Shown here piece by piece: positions 37,141 through 49,949 of a stretch of DNA of 64,000 nucleotides (position 1 is the stretch's first letter; each line of letters begins with the position of its first letter). The translations under genes were made by a program, and so were the position numbers. The notes beneath the pieces are model-generated. The model searched no databases and was not told the origin of the DNA. It was given only the letters and a program-made list of their open reading frames with translations. Origin of the DNA: Carcharhinus longimanus (taxonomy: Eukaryota); assembly GCA_030264375.1 (NCBI GenBank), contig JASCQW010000081.1, positions 66,027,400 through 66,091,399 of the forward strand, written 5' to 3'.

Positions 37141-39117
37141 AATGTGACAATGGTCGCAATCTATTTTTTTATTGATGTTACTCTTTTTTGAAAAAGTACT
37201 ATGGGGTTTTTAACATCAAAACGTAAGGGCTAATGCAGCCTCAGTTTAATGTCTCATCTAAAGGAGAGGAACTCTGACAGTGCTGCACTACCTCGATAAT
37301 AACCTAGACTGACAATCCAGTGTATGTGTTCATGTTCCTGGTGTGTAATACTGGCTCCACCTGTGTAGCAATGTACGTGCAGGACCTTCAAATTTTAATA
37401 AAGACCATACATCTCAAATCAAATAAAATAATTCTTAAAATAATAAATTGAACCAAAAAATTATGCATCTGATATGAAGCTTCGCTGTGAACTCTGGTGT
37501 TGCACATACTGGAATGGAGCAATAACAAATCAAGGAATTTCTTAGATAAACCTACACCACAGACATCACTGTTTTTAGATGATAATGAATGAAATCTGTA
37601 ACTACTTAAATATAAAGTTCATATTAAAATAAAAATCTAATGCATGAAGACAGCACATTCTAAGTGAAAAATTACAAAGCTTTAAATGCAGTTTAATTAA
37701 AAGCAAAGTATCTACACAAATCAGAAATATCCTTGCATGAATCTTTAAGAACTCTTTTACCTCCCAAAACACATTTTGTTATTTACACACCCATTCAATT
37801 GAGCTCTGTTACATATCCATGGCTGTAATACCATACATAACTCTCAAATAACTAATGTTTCAAAGCACTCCAACACAAACTTCCAAGAAGCGTGGATACC
37901 ATGATCTTAACTTAAATGAAAGAACAGAAACAAGGGGTTGAATAGTTTGGGGGCACGGACAGCAGATCCCCCAGAAACCACGTTGGTGTGAAGCTAACCG
38001 TTTCCACGCTGAGCAACCCCATGATAATAAAGTGCTGCTGGGCTTATTAACCAGGGCTGAATGGGACATCCGACCCTCTTGGCGCAGAAATCCCATCCTG
38101 CAGAGCTATCAGCCAGTGCCAGGAGAACATCAATAGCAGTTGCCAGGACTGCAACTAAGGAGGGGAGTCTAAAACCTAGGACCCCAGGTATGTCTGGGGT
38201 CTTCGTCCAGTAGGGTTTAAGAGCATTAGGGAGAGAGGCAGGGGAGGGAGAATAGAGTGGATTTAAGAAAAGGAGTGGGTAGGAACAAGGAGGGTACAAC
38301 CTAAGCAGGGCCAACCTGCTACCAGCAAAAAGCAGCCTCTGAAAAATGATCTTCCCCCCAACTTTCCTTCCCACCTTTTAATTATTTAAGGTTAAAAATC
38401 AGGATTCCTAATTCCACCCTGCTGCCCACTCCAAGCGTATTATGCCATGGGCAGCATATCATTAAGGTCAAAAGCTGGTAACAAGCTGAATTTTCCTTTA
38501 ATTGGCAGCCTGCTCTGTATTATGATGATGAGCTCCAGGGTGGATAGAAAGGTGGTGGGATGGATGTCCACTATTTCATGTGCACCTCCTACCCCACGCA
38601 ACCACAGAAACACGCCCACCAAGGGCATGTAAAATTCAGCCTGGGGGAAATAGGATAAATTACAACTATTTTAGAACCAAATACAAGTGTCAAAAAGAAG
38701 TCACCATTATGAATTTTTAAACAGTTGTTTCAAGATCGTTAAATAAACCCTTTTGTGATCGTCATGATTTATTGATTCTGGTGCAGAATGCTGAACAAAA
38801 TAATGACAGGTATCTCCCTAAAGGTGAAGGAAGGGTCAGTTAACTACCAGAGAAATGCCATAGGCAATAGTTTTACACATTCCACAAATTTCTGTAATCC
38901 AGAGGGTGGGTGAACAACAATTACAAATAGGACAAAAATCTTTTCCATTCAATCATATTCCGAAGTGTGATTTTATATTGGACTATTGAGTTTTTGTGAC
39001 AAACTATTAGAAATTCCATGTCACAAAAGCAGTAGGCATGATTAGATCACAGGAACTAACAATACCTCTCTCCCTTGGTAGCTAGAAGAAAGATGATCAA
39101 AGACTTAGGTGGTCATG

Positions 39118-39315
39118 CCATAGAATCATAGAACCCTGCAGTGCAGAAAGAGGCCATTCGGCCCATCGAGTCTGCACCAACTACAATCCTCCCTAGGCCC
39201 TACCCCCATATCCCTATATATTTTACCCACTAATCCCTCTAACCCACGCATCTCAGGACACTAAGGGGCAATTTTAGCATAGCCAATCAACCTAACCTGC
39301 ACATCTTTGGACATA
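39118..39315 (-). mobile_element. HE1-like V-SINE 3' half
   Basis: CATAGAATCATAGAACCC...GGCCATTCGGCCCATCGAGTCTGCACC...CACATCTTTGGAC. Confidence 0.85.
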
Positions 39316-39915
39316 GACACAACAAAACCATCCTTCAGAATTTTAGACCACTATTAACTGCAAGAAAAAAGTTGATTCAGCTCAGATTTGGTTTTTGGCT
39401 AACTCCAGTTAGTTTGATATGATTGTTACCTGCAAAATAGCTATTGTACCCGGAAATGGACAAAAGAAAGGGGATAAAAAGGAATAAAACACATTGGTGG
39501 GATCCAACAGAAATATGGAACAAGTTAAAATAAATGGGGTGGGGGGCATAAGAGGGAATGGGAATAGTTAGATAAGACAAACCAAGAGTTAAAATTTTTG
39601 TCTCGATTTAACAGGTATGTATCAAGCTGGTCAGACAGTAATAAAACTACTCCTGCCACTTAAGAAATAGGAAATAGGAGCAGGAGTAGGCCATCTGGCC
39701 CTTAAGTAGCTTGACATTGTTCTCATGTTAATATTTGTTGTCAGCATATAAGGTAATGGCTCTTAAAATGGATGACTCAGAAGGATTACATTTTCGATTA
39801 ATTTTCCAGGATTCCACTTAAAAGGCATTGCATTTTTGTTCAGCAATATTATGCACGCACTTCAAGTATCAACTGATTTTGTATGCTAATTGTGGTTTTG
39901 TGCACCACTGTCTAC

Positions 39916-40155
39916 TATTTGATTTGATTTATTGTCACATGTATTAGCATACAGTGAAAAGTATCGTTTCTTGCACGCTTTAAGACAGAGCATACCGCTC
40001 ATAGAGAAGGAAACAATAAAGTGCAGAATGTAATGTTATAGTCATAGCTAGGGTGTAGAAAAAGATCAACTTAATGGAAGGTAGGTCTATTCAAAAGTCT
40101 GATGGCAGCAAGGAAGAAGCTGTTCTTGAGTCGGCTGGTACGTGACCTCAGACTC
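39916..40155 (-). mobile_element. Rex1-type 3' fragment
   Basis: Reverse complement of about 1920-2160, with an (ATTTG)n tail. Confidence 0.88.
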
Positions 40156-41409
40156 AGAACTAGAAGCAGCACCAAGTTATAAATGGGAAATCTAGGGTTT
40201 GAACTACAAAGCTGTATCCACATGGACACTTCTGTTCAGAAGACTGTAGAGAAATGAATGGAGGAAACTATTGCTTTAAAATAAGCTGTACAGTATTTCA
40301 CTAGAATCACAATGAATAATTTGCATTTATTTATCTCCTTTAGTATAGAAGGACAACACGAGGGAAGGTAGGATACAGTGTGAGAAATCTGTAAAGAAAG
40401 TTGAAATATGATTTAGAATTTAACATTTAAGCTCCTGAACCAATGGAAACCAGAGATGTAAGCAGTGATGAGCAAGCAGGACTCGGTGCAGGATTTAGAA
40501 TTGAAATAGGTGCAGGGTGAAATTTTGGTTGGATCACAGCAAGGAGATCTGAATAATAGTTGGAAGGATAAGATACTTACTTATTCAGTGGAAAATAATG
40601 CAATGAATTGGGCAGCGAACAATAGTCACTCTCATTTTTTGTATGGTTTGCAGCCTGTGCTTCCCTTAAATTCTTTGTGTACCCAAACGTACATGGTTTC
40701 TTAAATGCAATGACAGCCTGCACACGAACTTCCAGGTTACAACTTAAAGAGGATATTAATGAGCGGTAAAGAAATCTGGGAATCCAAATACATAAATCAT
40801 TAAAAGTAGGAAAAGAGGCTGATACGACCATAAAACATACCAAAGCATTGTGGTTTATTTCTATAGGAATAGAATAACAAAACAGGAAAGTCATGTTTAA
40901 TTTATAAAGAACCATAACAGAGCACTGNNNNNNNNNNNNNNNNNNNNNNNNNNNNNNNNNNNNNNNNNNNNNNNNNNNNNNNNNNNNNNNNNNNNNNNNN
41001 NNNNNNNNNNNNNNNNNNNNNNNNNNNNNNNNNNNNNNNNNNNNNNNNNNNNNNNNNNNNGGTTACAGGCCTTTAAAAATCATGGCATGGTTCCTTAGGG
41101 TGGATTTAGATGAAGCGTTTCCATCTTGGTTGAGTCCAGAACAAGGGAACATAAATAAATGATAGCCACTACCAGATCGTAAAAGGAATTTAGGAGCAAT
41201 TTGTTCACACAGACTGATGAAAGTGTGGAACTCACTAAGAAGTGGAGTGGTTGAAACAAATTGCATTGATGCATTTAACAGGAAGTTTGATACATACATG
41301 ATGGAGAAGGAAATAGAAGGATAAACAGGCTAGGTGACAAATGCTAATTAAAAGGGGAAGAAGCCCATATCAAAAAGTAAAAAAGCTTATATTTGTATAA
41401 CATCTTCTG

Positions 41410-41563
41410 TCCAAAGATTGGCCATGCTAAATTGCCCCGCAGTGTCAGGGAGATTAGCAAGATAAATATGTGGAGTTACAGGAATAGGGCCTGAATGGGA
41501 ATGTTGTTGGTGCAGGCTTGATGGGCCAAATGGCCTCTTTCTGCACAGTAGCGATTCTATGAT
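41410..41563 (+). mobile_element. HE1-like SINE 3' fragment inserted in a Deu-SINE tail
   Basis: GATTGGCCATGCTAAATTGCCCC...GATGGGCCAAATGGCCTCTTTCTGCACAGTAGCGATTCTATGATT. Confidence 0.82.
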
Positions 41564-41564
41564 T

Positions 41565-41960
41565 TTGTCACCTCAGGACATTCTGAAGTGTTTTATAGCC
41601 AATTATGTACTTCCAAAGTGCAGTCATTGTTGTAATGTTGAAAATATGGCAGCCAATTTGTACACAGCAAACTCCCACAAACAGCAACGTGATGATGACC
41701 AGACTGTTTTTAGTCATATGGATTAAATAAATAAGTATTGGCCAAGAGACCAGGAATTCCACCCCTGCTCTTTTTCAAAACAGTGCCATGGGATATTTTA
41801 TGTGTACTTGAGGGCATATGGAAACTGGGCTCTCAGTTCAATGTCCCACCTGAAAGATGGCACTCCCTCAATGCTACACTGAATTTTCAGCCTAGAGTTT
41901 CATACTAAAGTCTGTAAAATGGGACATGAAGTTACAAACATCTGACTTAGACGACTGTAA
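41565..41960 (-). mobile_element. Deu-SINE (SacSINE1-like), near full length
   Basis: Minus strand contains GAGGGAGTGCCATCTTTCAGGTGGGACATTGAACTGAG...CCCATGGCACTGTTTTGAAAAAGAGCAGGGG...CAAATTGGCTGCC. Confidence 0.8.
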
Positions 41961-43429
41961 TGACAACTTACAGAAAAGTCAGACAAGTCTAAACATTGAT
42001 ATTGTTCTGTTAAGTTGAATGGCCCATTTCTGTAGTGTAGATTTTACACAATTCAACCCATGGAGTTGTTCAGAGTACAACTTTGAGGTAACGGGCAAGA
42101 ATAGCCACATTCTAAACATACACAATACTTTCACAAGGAGACCTGCATCACACCTAGAGTCTAAACACGATCTGGAAAATAGATTACATTAATATTCCTA
42201 TCATTTTCTACATCTGAGGGGGAATTATTTGATTCTCACAAAATGTCAAAGATGATGATTCTTTCAGCAGCTATAGAAAGTTGACAATATTACAGTTCCC
42301 TTACATTTAATTAACAGAAAATGTTTAGCCCTAATAAGTAACAAAAGGGTACTGCAGTATTTTTACATTTTGCCTTTGTATTACTGTCCTCTGCAAATTA
42401 AACACAAAGATCAAATTCTTCTATGGCCACTGATATCGTGTAACCCAGCTGAATATCGGACAGGTCACTGACAACTATTTGATTGTTCCATTTGTTATCT
42501 TGCCCACAGTAAAATTATTGAACTCTGTTTATTTCTTTCTGAATTAACATCAAACCTTCAAAACTTTACATCATCCTCCAAACAGGCTTAACTGACGTAT
42601 TTTTAAAAGCACATTTTTAAAAAAGTCCAGAAACACCATCATTCACGTGGCATCACAAATGTCAGTCAAAATCTATAAATTCTTCACAGGGTAAACTAGA
42701 CATATTATTACAGTGACAGCTGTAGATTATAGCCCTTTAGCTATGCTGCTCAAATAATCAATTCTGGGCATTCAAATTTGTTATATGTGCACAATGCAAG
42801 TAGGTGTTGTTCTCCACCATCCATACTTAGTTCCAGGGTCTTTAATTAAAGGCTATTTATGATGGGTCAATAAAGATAAAAAACAGCAGGGTTAGTTTTA
42901 GGTTATGGGCTGCTTAATAGTCCTCTTCAGAAAGAATACATTTATCAGATTAACTCAGTTCTAAAGCAAACCTCATATATAAACTCTATTTCAGAGAAGT
43001 TATTCTGCCACCTGTTTTACCACAAACGTTTACCATAATTCAATACTTCATCATCTTATTTCCTGTAAGCAAATGTATGTGGCACTACTGAGAAATGCAT
43101 TTCATGGTAACCTCAGCTCTTACAAACACAACCTGAAAATATATCTTGCTACCGGCTGATGCAAAGACAATTTATTCCAGGAATTTTCACTCAACTTTTT
43201 TGTGATGCATCGACAAAGGGGCCATTCTTCATACAAGAGGTCCATCAGCTAACGCTGACAGGCAATGCAACTGCAATGAGTGTCAAACCTGTGCTTTAAC
43301 CTCTCCTAACCCAGCCCAATAGCCAGGAATGCACCATGAGCAAAGGTTACTGGATAGTGATTAGAAATGGGAAACTTTCTGAACTGTATATTCTCTGTCT
43401 AACCTGTAACCATCTTTGGTGTGACAAAA

Positions 43430-43850
43430 TAGTATCTACTTATACAAGTTTTTATATCCTCGGGACGCCTCAAAGTACTTTACAGCCAAGTATTTTGAAG
43501 TGTAGTTACTGCTGTAACGTGAGATTCAATTCACAAAAGGCAAACAGCAAAGTGATAACTGAGCAGATACTCTATTTTAGTGACATTGGGGTGGGAAAAT
43601 GTCCAGCAAACTAGGGAGAATTCCCCTGCTTTGTTCAAAGAACGTTGTAGCATCTTTTACATCCATTTGTGAGGGCAGATGGGCCCTTGTCTTGATGTCT
43701 TAACTGAAAAGCTTCACCACAGATAGTGTGGTACGAAGGGAGTGTTGCAATAAATTCTGCCCTAAATTATGAGCTCAGGTTGCAGGAATCCAATTTAAAC
43801 TTATAACCCACTGATTCAAAGGTGAATGTCCTATCCGTTGAGCCAAGATT
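43430..43850 (-). mobile_element. Deu-SINE, diverged
   Basis: Colinear with 41565-41960. Confidence 0.7.
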
Positions 43851-44489
43851 AAACCACAAAAATGCTTAAAACTGATCACCGTAAAATGGACTTATATTAT
43901 TTTCATTTCTTGTAAAGGCAAACATGTTGTTGCTAAGAAGATTCCACATCAGAGAAACTTCAATTATTTTTTCCTTATAGGTACAATCTGAATGGTAATT
44001 TGATAGTTACATATGCTGGTACTTAGTTATCCTGAGCTGTTTCAACCTGAATCATTATCCGAGAGATATGGACAGGTTGAAACATCTCGGAATTAATGGC
44101 TAAGGAAAAGGACAGAGTGTACTGACAGCATTGTGCCAATAGCAACAGGACTTCATTTTAAATCAAGTCAGCACTGAGGTGGTTTAATTAGTAAAATGAC
44201 ATTACATTCTGCAACATTGTTTTAAATTTAAAGACTGCCTTCTTCAGCTACTGTGGCTGTACTCTTTCACTTAGAATCATATTCATTTAAACATTTATCA
44301 ACACACCTGGGCATGCAACCACAGGACCCTTGGGTCAATGGGCTCTAATAATTATCGGAAGAGACAAAGTCCTTTCAAGTAAGCCCTGTGGCTCAGGAGT
44401 CATTATCCTGGCCTTCTTGACATTTGTACTTAGCAATTATCTCCAACCCAGTCACTTTCAAACATCTGCGCGCTTTCTGCATCACTCAC

Positions 44490-44569
44490 TTTACACTCTT
44501 TCCACCACATCTGGCGTCGTAACTGCTTTGCTCTGTTGCTGAAAACCGTGGCATTGTCGGATAAACTTT
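44490..44569 (-). CDS. VAMP4: VAMP4 coding exon, C-terminal SNARE half plus juxtamembrane WW motif (80 nt)
   Basis: tctttttgcag|AA AGT TTA TCC...GAG TGT AAA|gtgagt translates (E)SLSDNATVFSNRAKQLRRQMWWKECK. It is not in the ORF track and was found by reading the minus strand. Confidence 0.97.
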
Positions 44570-45959
44570 CTGCAAAAAGAAATGAATCAGGTCCAAAACA
44601 AAATGTTGAAACACAGCTTAAAAAAGTGTAAAAGCTTGCAAATCCACCAAATTACTGCATGTCACTATGATACACAGTACTCCAAAAAAGCCCTTGCAGT
44701 GAAATTGGAGACTAGGTTGTGCGTGGCTTAGGTACCACTTTGCAGTAAGTTGCAAGTGCCTTTTTCCTGCATTGTTCAAAATTGAAATGCACTTATTTTG
44801 AAGTGCAGTGCCGTTAGTTAAAATTATATACAAGGATTAAAGGTGAAAACCATTAGGAAATCACTGTCTGGTATACCAGTTGCAATAGCCAGGTAAGAAG
44901 GACCTAGTCTCACCAGATTGATTATTTATCCGAGTTCCTTGATGTCCCCTAAGGCTCCTTCGCCTGCAGCTGTCTACAACAGAACCTTGGTTATCCACAG
45001 GAATCTGTGTAGAACTTTGGGGCTTCATGTTACAAAAACTGAGTAAAAAGATAACAAATTGTGTGTGTCATGGATAAAACGTATTTTCTCTCTTACGGCC
45101 TGTGATCAGTGTGTTTTATATGGAAAGGGGTGTTACCCTTTTTGTTACCCTTATATCCCAAATTGTATAATTCAGCAGTAAGCTTTTGAGAGTTTAAAAT
45201 GTGGACGTTATTTATTCTCACTAAACATGAATTAATGTTACTTCATTGAAGTGCCCATGCGCGCGCACACACACTCTACGAAGACTGGACACAGAGAAAG
45301 ATAATGCATTTTGACAGGTTACAGTTAATTCAGTTTTATTCATAATTTCAGATATAAGATTTCCGGACTCTTGCGTGACAGGCCAATGGTTGCTTGAATG
45401 AATTTGATCATTTAAAATTGAAGCAAGAGTCCTGTGAAGCAAAGGGTTCACAGCGGGTTGCAAAGCTTGTGAAACCAAACATCTAGAAGGTTAGTTCTCA
45501 GGTGAGCTTTGTAACTGGAATGGGTGAGGACAGCCAGTTTCTTGGAGCTATTTTGAGATCCTCAAACTTGGTGCTGAGTTTTCATATGCCTCAGACAATG
45601 AAAAATAACCCCAGAGCAGTAACATGGTAGGGAGTAGAGATTTGGATGACATGGGCCTAATAAAATCAGATAAAGACTATGCAATCAAAAAGGTTATCAA
45701 AACTTATGTTGTAATGTTTCAAAAGGATACACCTACAATAAATCAATAAAAAGCACATTTCTTCCACAATTTCCCCCAAAGTGCTTGTCAACTTTATATA
45801 TTTTCTTGGTTAGGAGGGTGAGGTGATCTGGGCTACGGGTTTCTCCATGATTGCCATTGATACTGGTCTATGTTCAGTTATTTTGGTAGTGAGGCGCCAG
45901 ACAGCCTATCAGTCTAGTTGACAGCTGCCACAATAAAACAATCAGTTTGACTCAAATCA

Positions 45960-46315
45960 TGGGACAGGCAATGGCCGAGTGGTATTATCACTATTAATCC
46001 AGAAACTCAGCTAATGTTCTGGGGACCCAGGTAGGAATCCTGCCACGGCAGATGGTGGAATTTGAATTCAATAAAAAAGTCTGCAATTACAAATCTACTG
46101 ATGACCATGAAACCATTGTCGATTGTTGGTAAAACCCATCTGGGTCACTAATGCTCTTTAGAGAAGGAAATTTGCTATCCCTGCTGGTCTACATGTGACT
46201 CCAGAGTCACAGCAATGTTGACTCTCAACTGCCTCCTGAATAATAGCACCTAGAGATGAGCAATAAATGCTGGCCAGCTAGCAATGTCCATGTCCCACGA
46301 ATGTATTAAATAAAA
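45960..46315 (+). mobile_element. tRNA-derived SINE (family A), full length
   Basis: A box TGGCCGAGTGG, degenerate B box GGTAGGAATCC, and a 3' tail (GATGAGCAATAAATGCTGGCCAGC...CATGTCCCAC) shared with LINE family B, ending A-rich. Confidence 0.88.
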
Positions 46316-47969
46316 AATCTACAATCTTCTAAGCCAAGATTGGATGCTCAGTAGCCTGGAACTTGTGAACCGAAACTTCAGCAGGTCTCATACAGACTTA
46401 TGGCAGGAGAGGCTCCGGACTGCTATGGAATGAATTTTGCAACCCAAAGCAAATTGGCAAACCTAGAATGGAAACTTATCTATGGTAGTATTGTTGAGGG
46501 GCTGTCTGAACATCTCCCTAAGTTAGTATACCAAGATAAATTCTTGCATTAATTAATGTAAGCTCTTTGCACAGTTAATATTTTATCTTCCCTAATGCGC
46601 ACAAGAAGTAAACATTTCTTTTAAACAAGTGCTTAGGATAACTTCAACAGCTGTGCAGGACTTCGAAATAAATCTTGTGGGTCACTAATGATAAACTATC
46701 CCCATACTGCAATTCGTGACTGCTGTGACTAACAACAATGTGAAAATAGGTATGTTCTGAAGCAAATACGTCATTATATTCAACACTTCAGTTCTGGAAA
46801 ATAGCATTTAGTACCAACTGCTATCACAACTTCAATAGGTTTCTATTCCCAGGCAACACAAGTCAACATTGTCTTGTCCAGAACATAGACCTAAACATTG
46901 TTTGTAGCAAAACAGTGCAATATGTTCATAACCTGCAGAGTTTATAGCAATTGTTCTTTTCTCTTCCAAATAAACGTGCAATGTTTCTCTGTGTATTTTC
47001 TCATTTGCAAAATATTGATTAAATCTTTTCTGAAAATTTAAGATTTTCTCCATTTAGCATGATAGACTAACGATTAATTTTAAAATGACTAAAGGTAAGC
47101 ATGCAGCAAACTATTCAGCTTTCCTATTTAAAAGGCTTAAAACTTTTAATTCAAATTTTCCGCTATTGCTTAACATACATAAAAGAAATAATCATTTCAA
47201 GTATTGTTTATCACTGATAATCAGAAGCCTCAATTATTTTCCACTTGTTATTACAATAACCTAATAAAAGCAGCCAACATGGCTTTCAAAGAAGGGAAAG
47301 ACGAACAACTTCCTTGGTTTTCGTACTCTATGCCTCTATTTATAAAGCTTATGATCCTGTGTAGCTTTTCACACTTTTTTCTCATTATTTTGCCACTTCT
47401 GACAGTAATGGAAATCTGGAACTCTTCTCTCAAAAAAGGCTGTAGGCACTGGGGAATCAACTGAAATTTACAGGACTGAGTTCAACCGATTTTTGTTATT
47501 TAAAGGTTTCTAGGATTATGGATTAAAGGCAGTTAAATGGAGTTGAAGTACACATCAGCTATGATTAATTTATATTATGGCATGAGGAAATGAAAGGCCT
47601 ATTCCTATATGCAATGCATTTTTTTGGGTTTCCATCCCATTATCACCTATCATTTGAATTCCAATCCAGTTTATGGACTCACGTGATGAAAATGTATTTT
47701 GTTTATTGGCTGCAAGAACCTGGCCAGTTTCAATTCAGCTGTAGAAGGAAGGGATTTCCCAGCACAAGACTACTCCTAACTTGGTGCAAAGATAACTGGT
47801 CCAAGAGGCATCAATAAGGGAAGTTGATCAGTAAGTCATCAATAAATTGAGGGAATTATTTCAAGCGGTCAAGACCAAGGCACTTTGGCAGAGTTGAGCA
47901 GAGCTAACTAAATGATATATTTAAGATATAACAATAAGTCGGTATAAATAAAGCAAAGGAAATAATCAC

Positions 47970-48070
47970 CAGATTTGTCCTGTAGCTCATCCAGTCGTTC
48001 CCCTCGTTCAATCACTCGAGTGATGTTTTCCTGCATCACATCAATAACTTCATCTACTTGATTCTGGACA
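47970..48070 (-). CDS. VAMP4: VAMP4 coding exon, N-terminal half of the R-SNARE motif (101 nt)
   Basis: Minus strand reads ...attttgtcag|T GTC CAG AAT...GAC AAA TCT G|gtgatt and translates VQNQVDEVIDVMQENITRVIERGERLDELQDKS, nearly identical to vertebrate VAMP4, including the zero-layer Arg in IERGERL. Its phase fits the next exon. Confidence 0.97.
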
Positions 48071-49949
48071 CTGACAAAATAAGAAAAAAAGTTAACTGGC
48101 AATTCGACTTAAAAGCTTACTTAAAACCACCCTATTTGTGACCAGAAAATTATTAAAATGTCATGCAAGGACATAACCCTAGATTTCCTGATGCTAAGAA
48201 TTAGTTACCTACACACCAAAGAACAACAACATTTTAGAAAACAAAATCATTTATAAACTTGCTTTCTGGCCAATGTTTAAATTTATTTTTCACATTATAT
48301 TACAAGATTAACTTTTATGGAGATGTACAACAGCAGTGTATTGTAAGCCATTATTTTACTACACCATTATTAGCTCGATGACTACTCACTGGCACTGGAT
48401 TACATCATAAGCTACTCATTACAGCTAATGATTAGTTAAAATGTTTCTAAGCTGAATGTCGTGAACAGACATTTCTTAGAGAGGGGAACAATGAAGTGAC
48501 ACCAACAAATGAATTATATTGTAAGTGAACTTTCGGATTACTTTCAATAATAAAATTGATCACAAGAAACTGATGGCTACAGTGAATCCTCATTGGATAA
48601 AAGGAGAAAAATGCAAATGGTGAATTGCTGGATCAGGGTGGCTAACTTTATCTTAAAGGCAACAATCCCAGGCAGTATCTTGCTCAATGGGGCCATATTC
48701 TAGACCAGACTAGAAATTATTGGAATGGCACATTTCATGACGAGCAGTATGAATTGGCTATTTTCCCCCCTCACTCTTTAGTTCACAGAATATTTTGTAT
48801 CACAATTTGCTGGAAATGTGAATTGGCACTGGCCCAGAAATAAGAACTCATGCTCAATAGTTTCTCTCTTTAAAAAAAGAAAAGGATAAAGAAAAGGAAT
48901 TAGGGTGAATTTGTGACAGAAATTCAAATAGAGGGAGAGAAAGTGTGGATGTAGAAAGAAAAGAAAAACAGAAAAGTATTTTAAAAAAGACATTATAATC
49001 TTCTGTAGTTGTGATTAGAAATTGGTGCATTGGTCCTTGAAAGGATATAAATGAATGGAGCAGTATTAAGCCATGAAGTATTGAACCAACATGATTATTA
49101 GGATTAGGATGAAGACGAATAACGACCAGTTCATCTAGTTTACCATCTGAATGTTACAACATTAATCAAGCTGGAGGCTCCCTTGTAGCCCCCATTCTGC
49201 AGGTGGAGTTGTCATCTTTTCAAGGTAGCAGGGCCTCAAATTGGGACTGTAGCCTCAGGAACCCGCCCGCCATTCAACTCTGGGAATATCCCGCAGACAA
49301 GCGACCTGGTTGATTCTGTCTAATGATTGATCATCTGATTGATTGCCATCACTCAATTTATGAATCTCTCTTACCTGATCTAGCTGGACTTGGTAAATAG
49401 TGCACTGGATTCAATTCCCAATGTCCCACAACACAACTCTCAGTGCTGAATCTAAGGTCTGCAATCTCCATAAAAATCATAAAGACTAGCTATCCAGTGC
49501 ATATGAAGTGAGTAGCGTTGAGAGCAGAAAGCAACTGTTTCTGATTTTCTAATGTTTTTAAAGTGACTGGCAAAAGAATTGGTGACAATAGGGAAATCTT
49601 TTTATACAGCAAATGGTTAGAATCTGAAATTCATTGATTGAATTGTGACTTCCAAAAGGAAACTGGCACATCATCTGAAGAGAAAAACTCTCACAGAGCT
49701 CCAGAAAAAGAAAGGAACAGAAGTAGGATCAGGTAAGTTGCTCCTGCAGAGATCTGGAACAAAGATGGGCCAAATGGTCTCCTTCTGTGCTGTAACCATT
49801 CTGATTCTCTGCACTCTCCATATTGAACAGCCTCAGAAGAAACACTAAGAGTAGCATGGGCACAGAATACATCCTAGATGAGACTTCAATGTCAGCCCCA
49901 AGAGTGAGAAATGTGGGACCTGTACATGCTTGTAGCAAGATTGCACCTA

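Noticed and set aside
45960-46050. tRNA genes at the A/B-box-containing heads (also about 6778, 12270, 21677)
   Set aside because: Each continues into a SINE body and none forms a complete cloverleaf.
47908-47969. Read-through of the SNARE exon giving a hydrophobic tail (GDYFLCFIYTDLLLYLKYII*)
   Set aside because: T-rich intron sequence readily encodes F/L/I/Y by chance, and there is no independent support for an isoform.
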